DNA of 20,683 bases from Thermodesulfobacteriota bacterium (GTDB taxonomy: Bacteria > Desulfobacterota > Desulfobulbia > Desulfobulbales > SURF-16): contig JBDLIE010000047.1 of the NCBI GenBank assembly GCA_039715015.1, forward strand, positions 1 to 20,683. The letters run 5' to 3'. Shown piece after piece: positions 8,198 to 17,692 of the stretch (position 1 is its first letter; each line of letters opens with the position of its first letter). The notes under the pieces are model-generated. The model saw only the letters and a program-made list of their open reading frames with translations. It was not told the DNA's origin and searched no databases. A program made the translations under genes and the position numbers.

Positions 8198-9943
8198 TCA
8201 GCAGCTCTCATCTAGCTTAATCGGCAGATAACTGGAGTCCCAGCGCATATTGGAGAGCAGGGCCCGCAAGCGCCCTGGGTCACCTTGGTGCTCGAATGTG
8301 CTGAAGCTGCATTTGGGAGCCGCTCCTTCCTCTATGGCCTTTGTGCCTACGGCCACGGCCACTTCCATACTTACCTCACGCAACTGTTCAACAGCCGGTA
8401 GGAGTTCGCCGCGATCCAGGGCCTCATCGCTTACCTGGTGGGCTACGGCGTGGGCAGCGGCTGTGAAAAAAGAGGGCAGGACCTTGGTGGCGCCGGAACC
8501 AATGGTTCCCAAACCAACGCCGGGAAAAACAAAGACATTGTTACACTGACCAATGGGAAAGGTCTGCTTGTTATACTCCACCGGAGCAAAGGGGCTGCCG
8601 GTGGCAATGAGGGCCTTGCCCTTTGTCCAGTGGACAATATCCTCAGGGGTGGCCTCACAGTTTGCCGTGGGGTTTGACAGGGGCAGGATTACCGGCCTGG
8701 GGCTGTTGGCTAACACAGCCTGGCATATCTCCTTGGTAAAGCTATTGGCCTGGCCGGAGGTGCCGATAAGCACAGTAACCTCGGCCTCCTTAATTGTGGA
8801 GAGCAAGACGCTCTCCTTGCTGCTGGCAATCCAAGGGAAACGTTGTGGATCTTTGGCAAACTTTTCCTTGTAGGGCGGCAGTTTCTGGTCGCTTGTTACC
8901 ACCCCCTTACTGTCTGTGGTGAAAATGCGGTCTGACGCCTCTTGTTCAGACAGGCCCTCTTCGCACAGCGCCACAAAAATCTGTTCGGCAACGCCCACAC
9001 CACCAGCCCCGGCCCCATGGACGAGGTAGACTTGCTCACTTAATTTTTCTTTTTTAATCCGCATGGCAGCAATAACTGCGGCCAGGGTGACGGAGCCAGT
9101 CCCCTGGATATCGTCATTGAAACTGATCATTTCATCCACATAGGTGTCACGGATGGCAAAGGCGTTTTGTTTGGAGAAGTCTTCCCACTGGCAGAGAGCA
9201 TTTGGGAAAACATTTTTGAAGGCAGCGGAAAAAGAGCCGATGAAATCGAGATAATCCTGGCCGGTAAGCCGCTCATGGCGCCAGCCTAAGTATTCCTTGT
9301 CAGCGAGAAGTTCTGGATTGTTGGTGCCGATATCAAGGGAGATGGGCAGGCAGTGCCAGGGGGCAATCCCTGCACCCTGGGTGTAAAGCATCAATTTGCC
9401 AAGGCAGATGGCTATGCCACCGGTACCCTGATCGCCAATGCCGAGGATACCCTGGTTGTCGGTGACCACGGCCACCCGGATATCACGATATTTATAACGC
9501 TCAAGGATTTCTTCAGCCTGGTCGATATTGCCCGGGTAAAAATGGATACCATTTGCGCTGCGGAAGATGTTTGAATAGCGCTGGCAGACCAGGCCCACGG
9601 TTGGGGTGTAGATGATCCGCATATAATGGGGGATATTGCTGGCGATGAGTGCGTGAGCCAGGGTGACGTTCCGATCAAAGAGGGCGCGGATATAGATGTA
9701 ACGCTCAATATCATCCTCCTTATTGTCCACCTTGATGGCGCTGTTAACAACCTGGCTTGCCAGGGTGCGGGGAGAAGGAGGCAGAGCGCCTTTGAGGCCA
9801 AGTTCTTGACGTTCTTCTTCGTTGAATGCCGTACCTTTATTAACATAATGGTTATGCTGCAGAGCGGAACCTGTGGTGCGGGCAATAAGGGTCGTTGTGC
9901 CCCCAAATTCATCAAATTCAAAATTACAGATATTATTTTTCAT
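8198..9943 (-). CDS. NAD(P)-dependent malic enzyme (large MaeA/malolactic-enzyme family)
   Basis: Motifs NKGTAF, YTPTVG, ILGIGD.G, GKL..YT, LDIGTNN, EDF, FNDDIQGTG, GAGAGG, PLSNPT, ATGSPF and QCNNVFVFPG. RBS GAGGGGAG upstream. Confidence 0.95.
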   Translation of the reverse strand: MKNNICNFEFDEFGGTTTLIARTTGSALQHNHYVNKGTAFNEEERQELGLKGALPPSPRTLASQVVNSAIKVDNKEDDIERYIYIRALFDRNVTLAHALIASNIPHYMRIIYTPTVGLVCQRYSNIFRSANGIHFYPGNIDQAEEILERYKYRDIRVAVVTDNQGILGIGDQGTGGIAICLGKLMLYTQGAGIAPWHCLPISLDIGTNNPELLADKEYLGWRHERLTGQDYLDFIGSFSAAFKNVFPNALCQWEDFSKQNAFAIRDTYVDEMISFNDDIQGTGSVTLAAVIAAMRIKKEKLSEQVYLVHGAGAGGVGVAEQIFVALCEEGLSEQEASDRIFTTDSKGVVTSDQKLPPYKEKFAKDPQRFPWIASSKESVLLSTIKEAEVTVLIGTSGQANSFTKEICQAVLANSPRPVILPLSNPTANCEATPEDIVHWTKGKALIATGSPFAPVEYNKQTFPIGQCNNVFVFPGVGLGTIGSGATKVLPSFFTAAAHAVAHQVSDEALDRGELLPAVEQLREVSMEVAVAVGTKAIEEGAAPKCSFSTFEHQGDPGRLRALLSNMRWDSSYLPIKLDESC

Positions 9944-9992
9944 GATCTCCCCTCATGCAGGATCAGAGTTAAGCGTTTGGCCTTATGGGAAA

Positions 9993-10007
9993 GCCCGTGT
10001 CATGCCA
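9993..10007 (-). promoter_or_regulatory. Possible sigma-54 (-24/-12) promoter for the malic enzyme gene
   Basis: The minus strand reads TGGCATGACACGGGC, with GG and GC at canonical spacing, 50 nt upstream of the ATG. The -12 box is GGGC rather than TTGC. Confidence 0.25.
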
Positions 10008-10234
10008 TTGTACCGGATCAATTATTTTTTTAATAGAAGATAGGTACTTTCGCCTATTTTTTAATTTTTTTAAAAATCCAAAAATAAAAGGGGGATAGCG
10101 GTAGCACGTTGTGGATGAAAAAGGTGTAAGAACTGAAAGCTTCTTGCCGAGAGAGGAAAAGGTAATTATGATATATCGTTTACTTAATAAGTCTTTTGCC
10201 AACGACGGTCTCTATCGTCCTGTTACAGAATAGT

Positions 10235-11335
10235 ATGGATTTACTGGAAACACATTTTCATATTTTAGAAACTCGCGATTGTCCCATGTACAAGGTGGAG
10301 GATGTTTTTTCCCTCTCCGGGCTTTCTCTCCTGCCGCCGGAAGGTAAACCTGTCTGTCTTTTTCTGGCAAAAGGCCTTGCTGATATACTTTTACTGTATC
10401 TTAACAGTAAGAAGAAAGGGCCTGAGACCCTGAAGAAAGAGTATAACTGTCCAGGCTGCACAGGCATTATCAAGTTTGGTCCTTTGGATGATGGCGATGG
10501 CCGGTTCCTGACTCCACAGATGCGGATGGTTGCTGCCGCTGAGAAAAGAGAGCATGCCCTGGAGTCTGGTTCATTGGTTGAGATGCTGGGAACATTTCCC
10601 TTTTTCTCAGCCCTTGATGGGGACCATCTTAAGGAGATTGTTGATTATTTCAAACAGGACACCATCCCTAACGGCAGAGTTCTTCTCCATAAGGGCAGGC
10701 CGGGCAAATTTCTGTATATTATCCTCTCCGGTAGTGTCCATGTCTTAGACGACGACGGGACTCCCATTGCTAGCCTGCAGCGCGGCGAAATCTTTGGAGA
10801 GATGAGCCTTATTTCCGGCAAGCCTGTCTCGGCATCTATCCGTGCCGCTGAGTCCACCCGTGTTCTCTTGCTTTCCGGCAAGGATTTGAGCAATATTCTT
10901 GTGAAGTACCCTTTTCTGCAGATGGCCTTTACCCGCATGTTGGTCCAGAGGCTATCTCAGGCCAATGAGACCCGCACAGAGGAGTATGCCGCCGGTGTCG
11001 CAGGGCAGCTTGATGAGGTGAGTCCTGGCGAATTGTTCCAGATGTTTAACGAGAACCGGAAAACAGGTGTTTTTGAGTTGCGTCTGCCCCTTGGCAAGGG
11101 GACGCTCATCTTCAGCGGCGGCGACATCATCCGTGCCGAATATGCCGGCAAGAAGAATAAAGAGGCCTTTTGGGCCATCCTGAGAGAGCATACAGGCTCT
11201 TTTAAGTTTACCTCCTGTCTTTCCCTGGAGGATATGGGGACAGATTCCATTGGTAACTTCATGGGGCTCCTTATGGAGGGCATGCGCCTTATGGATGAGG
11301 AAAATGCCACTACGGAGCAGCTTAAGGAGAAGTAG
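10235..11335 (+). CDS. Cyclic-nucleotide-binding domain protein with N-terminal Cys-rich domain and C-terminal DUF4388-like domain
   Basis: Central cNMP fold (PFFSAL..LLHKG.PG..LYIILSG.V..L.RGEIFGEMSL). C-terminal G.L.EVS..ELFQMF.ENRKTG.FEL..G.I.F..GDII.A..G..AF..G.F.F..LLMEG.R..DE. ATG 10235 preferred over TTG 10196. Confidence 0.85.
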   Translation: MDLLETHFHILETRDCPMYKVEDVFSLSGLSLLPPEGKPVCLFLAKGLADILLLYLNSKKKGPETLKKEYNCPGCTGIIKFGPLDDGDGRFLTPQMRMVAAAEKREHALESGSLVEMLGTFPFFSALDGDHLKEIVDYFKQDTIPNGRVLLHKGRPGKFLYIILSGSVHVLDDDGTPIASLQRGEIFGEMSLISGKPVSASIRAAESTRVLLLSGKDLSNILVKYPFLQMAFTRMLVQRLSQANETRTEEYAAGVAGQLDEVSPGELFQMFNENRKTGVFELRLPLGKGTLIFSGGDIIRAEYAGKKNKEAFWAILREHTGSFKFTSCLSLEDMGTDSIGNFMGLLMEGMRLMDEENATTEQLKEK

Positions 11336-11363
11336 GGGTAGGAGATATTTCGACAAGGAGTAG

Positions 11364-11403
11364 AAAAGGGGGCATCTTGCACTAGGCAGGATGCCTCTTT
11401 TTT
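11364..11403. terminator. Rho-independent terminator between convergent genes
   Basis: AAAA-GGGGGCATCTTGC-actag-GCAGGATGCCTCT-TTTTT: 13-bp stem including G-U pairs on the + transcript, followed by a T tract. Confidence 0.75.
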
Positions 11404-11423
11404 ATTCTGGATATTAATGGAGG

Positions 11424-14400
11424 TCAGGAGTTCTGGGAGGGAGGTTCTGCCATTGAAAAATCTTTGTTTTCCTGGAGCAGCTTGAGCAGCTCTTCGGTGT
11501 CCAATCTCGTTGGCATGTCCGTACCTTCCAGGAGACTGTCGGCTAGGTCTTTTTTCTCCCGATGCAGGGTCAGGATCTTTTCCTCAATGGTGTGGGCGCA
11601 GACCAGTCGATAAATGGTGACCGGGTGGACCTGGCCGATGCGGTGGGCCCGGTCGGATGCCTGGTCCTCCACCGCTGGGTTCCACCATGGATCCATGTGG
11701 ATGACATAGTCGGCGGCTGTGAGATTCAGACCAACTCCACCAGCTTTGAGGCTGATAAGAAAGAGATCCCCTTCGCCTGCCTGGAAGGCATCTACCCGTT
11801 TTTGGCGCTGCAGGGCCGGCGTTGTGCCGTCCAGGTATTGGTAGGATATGCCTCTCGCATCAAGAAGCTCACGGATCAAGGTCAGGTGGCTGACAAATTG
11901 GCTGAAAACCAGGGCTTTATGGTTATTTTCCAGAAGATCTTCAATAACCTTGGCAAATAGGTTCAGTTTGGAGCTGGACAGATTGCTTGTTGGCGCCACC
12001 AGGCGTGGGTGACAGCTTGCCTGGCGCAGGCGGGTTATAGCCGCCAGAATTTTCATGGGTTTATTGGTAGCGGAGTCCTCACCGGTAATAGCGGCCAGGG
12101 ATTCCTGACGGAGGGCCTCGTAAAAAATTGCCTCTTCCTTGCTCATCTTTACCTTGAGGACAATTTCCGTCTTGGGTGGCAGTTCTTCAAGGACCTGTGA
12201 CTTGATGCGGCGCAGGATGAATGGCTGCAGGATCTTTTTGAGGATACGACGCTTATCCTTATCGTTATGCCGCTCGATGGGAACGGCAAAGTTTTGGTTG
12301 AAGTTCTGGAGGCTGCCCAAGAGGCCAGGGTTGATGAAGTTAAAGAGGTTCCAAAGCTCGCCCAGGTGGTTTTCAATGGGGGTTCCGGTGGTAATGACCT
12401 TAAATCTAGCTTGGAGATTCATGGTCGCCTTGGAGCGTTTGGTTGACATATTTTTAATGGCCTGGGCCTCATCGAGAATAATGGTTTGCCAGTTGATTTG
12501 GGCAAAAAGCTTTTCCTCCTGCTGAAGGAGCCCATAGCTTGCGATGATCAAATCGAAAGGGCCAAGCTGAGCCATTAGGGCCGCACGATCCTGCTGACCA
12601 AAGATAACAGGTCGCAGGGTGGGGCTAAAGCGTTCGACCTCTGCCAGCCAGTTAAGGCACACCGAGGTGGGGGCAATAACAAGGCTGGGACCCTCTGCTG
12701 CTCGTTGGATGATGACAGCCAAGGCCTGGATAGTTTTGCCAAGCCCCATATCGTCAGCCAGGCATGCCCCTCCTCCCCAATGGGCCAGGCGGCTCAACCA
12801 CTGGAACCCTTCCACCTGATAGTCGCGTAGTTCAGCCTGAAGGGTAGTGGGAACCGAGGGCTCCATGGTTTGAGCGTCAATAATCCGCTGGCGTTGATTC
12901 TGCCAGGCCGGGGTGCCCTTGATCTGGCCACCAGCATTTTGGAAATTGTCAAGCATGTGGGCGGCAAGGGGATGAAGGGCGATCTCTTCATCTTTGTCCT
13001 GCGACGAGGCGGCAAAATCATGGAGATGCTGGCGCAGGGCACTGGAAAGGGCAATGAAATGCCCATTCTGCAAGGGTATAAAACGGCTTTGTCTGTTTTG
13101 GACAAGCTGCAGAAGCTGGCGCATATCCATCACCTTGTCCTGGTCAAGGTCGATGCTGCCGTCCACCTCAAACCAACTCCCTTTTTTCTTGATGCCCATC
13201 CGGACATGACGGAAATCAACCTTGTTGGTGATTCGTAATTTTTCTCCTTCCGGCCATTCCAGGCGAATCGGCTCTTGAATATTTTCTAACTCTTCGAGAA
13301 AGACCAGGCATGATTCTGGATCGCTGAGCTGCCATTGATAGTCGAGATGATCCGCCATTTCCAAAATAGAGCAGCCGGAAATAACCTCCTGGCATTTCTC
13401 TTTTTCAAGATCAAAGTCGCGGCAGGTCTGCTGTTTCTGGCCGTTTATTTCAGCAATCAAGGTATGGGCTCCATAGGCTGGTTGCAGGTAAGGTCCCCGG
13501 GTGCCAAAGGGCCTGGTTAGCATGGCGAGACGAAAGCCTGCGCCAACCGGTGTGATCTGCAAAATGGGAGTCGGGTCTGCAGGAACCTGAGGAACGTCAG
13601 ATGCCGGAGGGCCAATTTCCGAGTGGACAGTGACAGATCCGGAGAGAATGCCAAGGGTGTCAAGGACTTGCTCTTTAGCATCCTTGGGAATTACCAGACC
13701 TTCCTGGCCAATGATCTCAACAATGCGACGGTGCTCCTGGGTGACTTTTATTACTTTGAAACGGCCGAAATCTTCGCGGATGGCGATAGTGGTTTCATCA
13801 CCTATCTCTGGTGTAAGTTGAAGAAGAAGATTGTCGCCTTGTTTCGAGACAAAAAGTTCTGGAACTCCTGCAGTTATCTCCACAGGTGTCTCTGGAGATT
13901 CTGCAAGAAAGAGGGTTGGATGGCCGATTAAGATAGGTAGGGCACGAGACATGTCAAAGTCATAGGTGCTGACGCCGCGCCGCGTTTTTTCCTTGAGGGT
14001 GGTAATTATTTCTTGATCCTGTCTCATCAAAGGTTCGATAGTTTCTTTATTGAAAAGACGCTGTAACGAGACAGGCCGTCCCTTAGACCAGATCCCATTT
14101 TTTTGCCTTTTTTGTTGGCGAGGGGAAATAGTAAGGAAGCCGTCCATGAAATTAATCAGCCAGGCAAGTCTGGTTTTTGGTTCGGTAAAATCGGCAATTT
14201 CTTCCTCTTTAAGGGCGCTTAAGGCGCTCAAGGCCCGCTGCCAAGATTCCTGCTGGGGAATAAGATGGGGCAGAGAAATGAGTTTGTTATTGTGTTGGCT
14301 GGGGTCTGCCAGGGCGGAGAACTGTTCAGTCAACCACATAAAACCGTTGATGCTGGCCTTTTGGGCGCATTTCTGCAAAGAGGCGACTTGGTGTTCCGGC

Positions 14401-15527
14401 AGGCTGTGGTGGATCCAGAAATGGCAGAGATTGGTGACCAAAATGGAAAGGGGGGTGTTGTCTCCTCTGAAATCAGCTGGCTCGTTATAGATCCCAAAAG
14501 ATTGGCGGCGGAAAATAACAAATTGCTGCAGAGATTGATAGCAGGGAACCAGAGGGTTATCTGGCTGATGGAGGATAAAGTTTTTGGTGAAATGGAGAAT
14601 GCGGTTTGCTTGACTGAAATCCCCTTTCTTGAAAAGGGCCAGAAGAAAGAAAAAACCTTCGGGGCCGGGAAAAAAGAAGTCCGCGCCATTTTGGCGGCGC
14701 AGGATTTTTAGGTCTGCTTCAAAGAAGGCCAGGGAATTATCTATCTGCCCATGGCAAAAAGCAAGCCAGCCATAGATACCAAAACTGCCAGACTCCTCTG
14801 AAAAATGGCAATTTTCCTCAACTTCATTGAATTCTCCACGGACCAGATGACAGACGCCCCGCAAATAGGAAACAGAAGAAAGGCCAGCCTTAGGAGTTTT
14901 TCGCCAGTTCTTATCCTGCAGAAGAAAAAGTAGAGGAGTGTTTAGATTAAGGAGGCGACCGAGGGAATCTGCCACAATATGTTGCAGGGCATGGATACGA
15001 AGATGGGTCGGCAGGGAGCGAAGCAGAGAGGATGAAAAAGGATTGTTTAATATCCGGGTAAGGGGAGAGAGGCCTTTGTCCGGTGGGAAAGAGTGAAATT
15101 TAAGAAAAAAATTATTGAAGTGGTCGAAATCATGGAGATAAAGGCCCAAACGCAGTTCGCGAAGGCAGGTGTCGAGTGATGGTTCCTTTTGAGGTGGCAG
15201 GGCATGGCGGATTATCTCCACCATAGGTTTTAATTTCCTCTTGGCAGCTAGCTCCCTGGTCAAAGGTTCAGCGAGAAGGGCATGGCATTGGCGTTGATTG
15301 GAGATAAGTTTCTTATCCACCAGGCGTTTGACTATTGATGAGAGCGGTGTGCTCTCAAGGCAATGGCTGGGAAAGGATGGCCAGCCCAGCAGGCATTTCT
15401 TGAGGAGCAGGTCCGAGATGGGGGTATAAATAACGGCAAGCATCTGCAAGACAGCAAGTTCGGGCTCGTTGAGAGTGGCCACTGCCTGCAGAAGGTTCTG
15501 GCGTTTATGGGGACGTTTAGGCGTCAT
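11424..15527 (-). CDS. SNF2-family DEAD/DEAH-box helicase-like ATPase with long N-terminal extension
   Basis: LRDYQ.EG..WL, LADDMGLGKT (motif I), ILDEAQ (II), TGTPIEN (III), PFILRR.K, LVFSQF, LISLKAGGVGLNLT.AD and PWWNPAVEDQASDRAHRIGQ (VI). Confidence 0.95.
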   Translation of the reverse strand: MTPKRPHKRQNLLQAVATLNEPELAVLQMLAVIYTPISDLLLKKCLLGWPSFPSHCLESTPLSSIVKRLVDKKLISNQRQCHALLAEPLTRELAAKRKLKPMVEIIRHALPPQKEPSLDTCLRELRLGLYLHDFDHFNNFFLKFHSFPPDKGLSPLTRILNNPFSSSLLRSLPTHLRIHALQHIVADSLGRLLNLNTPLLFLLQDKNWRKTPKAGLSSVSYLRGVCHLVRGEFNEVEENCHFSEESGSFGIYGWLAFCHGQIDNSLAFFEADLKILRRQNGADFFFPGPEGFFFLLALFKKGDFSQANRILHFTKNFILHQPDNPLVPCYQSLQQFVIFRRQSFGIYNEPADFRGDNTPLSILVTNLCHFWIHHSLPEHQVASLQKCAQKASINGFMWLTEQFSALADPSQHNNKLISLPHLIPQQESWQRALSALSALKEEEIADFTEPKTRLAWLINFMDGFLTISPRQQKRQKNGIWSKGRPVSLQRLFNKETIEPLMRQDQEIITTLKEKTRRGVSTYDFDMSRALPILIGHPTLFLAESPETPVEITAGVPELFVSKQGDNLLLQLTPEIGDETTIAIREDFGRFKVIKVTQEHRRIVEIIGQEGLVIPKDAKEQVLDTLGILSGSVTVHSEIGPPASDVPQVPADPTPILQITPVGAGFRLAMLTRPFGTRGPYLQPAYGAHTLIAEINGQKQQTCRDFDLEKEKCQEVISGCSILEMADHLDYQWQLSDPESCLVFLEELENIQEPIRLEWPEGEKLRITNKVDFRHVRMGIKKKGSWFEVDGSIDLDQDKVMDMRQLLQLVQNRQSRFIPLQNGHFIALSSALRQHLHDFAASSQDKDEEIALHPLAAHMLDNFQNAGGQIKGTPAWQNQRQRIIDAQTMEPSVPTTLQAELRDYQVEGFQWLSRLAHWGGGACLADDMGLGKTIQALAVIIQRAAEGPSLVIAPTSVCLNWLAEVERFSPTLRPVIFGQQDRAALMAQLGPFDLIIASYGLLQQEEKLFAQINWQTIILDEAQAIKNMSTKRSKATMNLQARFKVITTGTPIENHLGELWNLFNFINPGLLGSLQNFNQNFAVPIERHNDKDKRRILKKILQPFILRRIKSQVLEELPPKTEIVLKVKMSKEEAIFYEALRQESLAAITGEDSATNKPMKILAAITRLRQASCHPRLVAPTSNLSSSKLNLFAKVIEDLLENNHKALVFSQFVSHLTLIRELLDARGISYQYLDGTTPALQRQKRVDAFQAGEGDLFLISLKAGGVGLNLTAADYVIHMDPWWNPAVEDQASDRAHRIGQVHPVTIYRLVCAHTIEEKILTLHREKKDLADSLLEGTDMPTRLDTEELLKLLQENKDFSMAEPPSQNS

Positions 15528-15723
15528 ATATGAACTTTGTTCAGAGGTTGAAAATCGAGTAGTATACCATATAATTAAGAGCTATACTTGTCTGAATCAT
15601 CGAGGATTGTCTTAATTCTCAAATCATTTTTATGCCATGGCAGGGGTTTCATCAGGAGAATTTTATTCTCATGCCCGGTGGATCGGGATGGAACGCCGTA
15701 AAGCGGAGGGTACGTAAAAAAAG

Positions 15724-16779
15724 ATGGAAAAATTAATAAAAATGCCTGGAGAGAAGGTGGTGCAATGGGCAGCGTGGGTTCTGCTTGCTGTTCTTGGGAC
15801 TATGATTTTAAAAACGCTGGCTTTCTTATTTGTCCCCTTTGCCATTGCTCTTTTGCTTGTTTATGCCTTAGGTATCCCCCTTGATTTCCTGGCCCGTTTT
15901 AAGGTGCCAAACTCTCTGCGGATTGTTTTGGTCGTTTGCCTGGGCATCGCTTTTATGTATCTTTTTGGGCGACTGGTCGCGGCTAACATCAAGGAGTTTC
16001 AGGAGCAACTTCCCCTGTTTGAAGAAAAATTCTGGAGTTACGGTCAGTCCCTTCTTTCCCTGGCGGGGATGTCTGTTGCTGAGGCAAAAGAGATGTATGC
16101 GTCGTTTCTGGCAAGCTTCAGCCAAACTGATTTTAGACCTATTGGTACCATGGTCCAGAGGATGAGCGGTTCCTTCTTTTCTTTTCTCGGCAATACCATG
16201 TGGGTTTTGCTTTTTTTGATTTTTCTTATGGCCGAGAGAGAAGGATTTCCGCGCCGGATTTTACGATCTCTGGGCCGTGAAAACAGTGAGCCTGTGCTTG
16301 AGGCGCTGGGGCGAATTAATAAGTCCGTACAGCATTACCTTGGTTTAAAAACTGCCATTAGCGCTTTGACCGGATTCTTAGTAAGTATCAGCCTCATGCT
16401 TTTTGGTGTTCATTTTGCCTTGCTATGGGGCGTGCTGGCCTTTGCTCTTAATTTTATTCCTAATATAGGCTCGCTCATTTCTGTGGCGCCACCGGTGGCA
16501 ATCACCCTTTTTCAGACCGGATCCATTACTAAGACTCTTGTCGTGGCGATTGTTTTGACTTCCATCCAGATGGTGGTGGGAAATGTCGTGGAACCAAAGG
16601 TGATGGGCCAAGGTCTCAACTTAAGTCCCTTGGTGGTCTTGCTCTCCTTGCTTTTCTGGGGATGGATGTGGGGAATTCCAGGCATGTTGCTCTCCGTGCC
16701 TTTGACTGCCGCCATTAAGATCGGCATGGAACAGCTTGATAGCACCCGGCCTGTAGCCCGGCTAATGGCGGATAAATAG
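15724..16779 (+). CDS. AI-2E family transporter
   Basis: 351 aa multi-TM protein with YL.LKT.IS.LTG, LNFIPNIGS, GNVVEPKVMG..LNLSPL and WGWMWGIPGMLLSVPLT. Confidence 0.93.
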   Translation: MEKLIKMPGEKVVQWAAWVLLAVLGTMILKTLAFLFVPFAIALLLVYALGIPLDFLARFKVPNSLRIVLVVCLGIAFMYLFGRLVAANIKEFQEQLPLFEEKFWSYGQSLLSLAGMSVAEAKEMYASFLASFSQTDFRPIGTMVQRMSGSFFSFLGNTMWVLLFLIFLMAEREGFPRRILRSLGRENSEPVLEALGRINKSVQHYLGLKTAISALTGFLVSISLMLFGVHFALLWGVLAFALNFIPNIGSLISVAPPVAITLFQTGSITKTLVVAIVLTSIQMVVGNVVEPKVMGQGLNLSPLVVLLSLLFWGWMWGIPGMLLSVPLTAAIKIGMEQLDSTRPVARLMADK

Positions 16780-16891
16780 TGATAATGAGGGAAACTTCTG
16801 GAAAAAAACCCTGAACACCTTGCCTAAAATGAGTAGAGAAATTATTTTCTGACAAAATCAATTGTTGTTTAATACTTAAGGAGGGAAGCAG

Positions 16892-17605
16892 ATGCTTCAT
16901 AATCGTCTAGACCAGTCAGCTTACAGTAGTTCAGTCCAAACCCAGGCAACCACCATCTTTCTGGCAAAGGTTTTTAATTGGATGGCCATAGGCCTTGGAG
17001 TTACGGCTTTAGTGGCGTTTGTTGTGGCCTCCTCGCAGAGTGCAGTTCAGTTTTTCTATGCCAATCGAGTCGTTTTTTATGGGCTTATAATTGCAGAGTT
17101 CGGCCTTGTGATCTATCTTTCGGCCCGCATTGAAAAGCTGGAGGCAGGGACAGCCACCGCCCTTTTTTTACTTTACTCGGCCTTAAACGGCATGACCCTG
17201 TCTTTGGTTCTTCTTCTCTATACAGCCACCTCAGTCGCTACCACCTTTCTGGTAACGGCTGGGATGTTCGGCTCCATGGCCGTCTACGGCTATGTCACTA
17301 AAAAGGATCTCTCCAGTTGGGGCTCTTTTTTAATTATGGGGCTCATTGGGATTATTCTGGCTTCTCTGGTCAATATCTTTGTTCAGAGCTCTATGATGAG
17401 CTGGGTGATCTCCGGCATCGGCGTCGTCGTTTTTACCGGGCTTGCTGCCTATGATGTTCAGCAAATAAGCCGAATGGGAGCAAGTGCCATGACGGGGAGC
17501 GAGGGAGCTGTGAAGAAAATGGCAATCCTCGGCGCCCTTACCCTTTATCTCGATTTTATTAATCTCTTTTTAATGCTCTTGCGTTTCTTGGGGAACCGAG
17601 ATTAA
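16892..17605 (+). CDS. Bax inhibitor-1/YccA family membrane protein
   Basis: Seven TM segments with KVF.WM..GL, YSALNG.TLS, YGY.TKKDLS, F.GL.AYD.Q and GALTLYLDFINLFL.LLR. Strong RBS upstream. Confidence 0.94.
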   Translation: MLHNRLDQSAYSSSVQTQATTIFLAKVFNWMAIGLGVTALVAFVVASSQSAVQFFYANRVVFYGLIIAEFGLVIYLSARIEKLEAGTATALFLLYSALNGMTLSLVLLLYTATSVATTFLVTAGMFGSMAVYGYVTKKDLSSWGSFLIMGLIGIILASLVNIFVQSSMMSWVISGIGVVVFTGLAAYDVQQISRMGASAMTGSEGAVKKMAILGALTLYLDFINLFLMLLRFLGNRD

Positions 17606-17617
17606 GAAACATCTAAA

Positions 17618-17677
17618 ACGACTAATAAAAAAAGGCGCCCTGCTAAATCACAGCAGGGCGCCTTTTTTGTTAGTCGT
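17618..17677. terminator. Bidirectional rho-independent terminator (long inverted repeat)
   Basis: ACGACTAATAAAAAAAGGCGCCCTGCT-aaatcac-AGCAGGGCGCCTTTTTTGTTAGTCGT between convergent genes, with A and T tracts on both sides. Confidence 0.9.
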
Positions 17678-17692
17678 GCCGTGTTTAATTCA

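Noticed and set aside
11424..15527. SNF2 helicase as part of an anti-phage system (DISARM DrmD, Zorya ZorD)
   Set aside because: No partner genes (methylase, DUF1998, PLD, ZorAB) nearby, and it is flanked by housekeeping-type genes.
15528..15723. TGGCA-containing sites as sigma-54 promoters here and at about 2663, 4671 and 18628
   Set aside because: No GC at the required -12 spacing in any of them.
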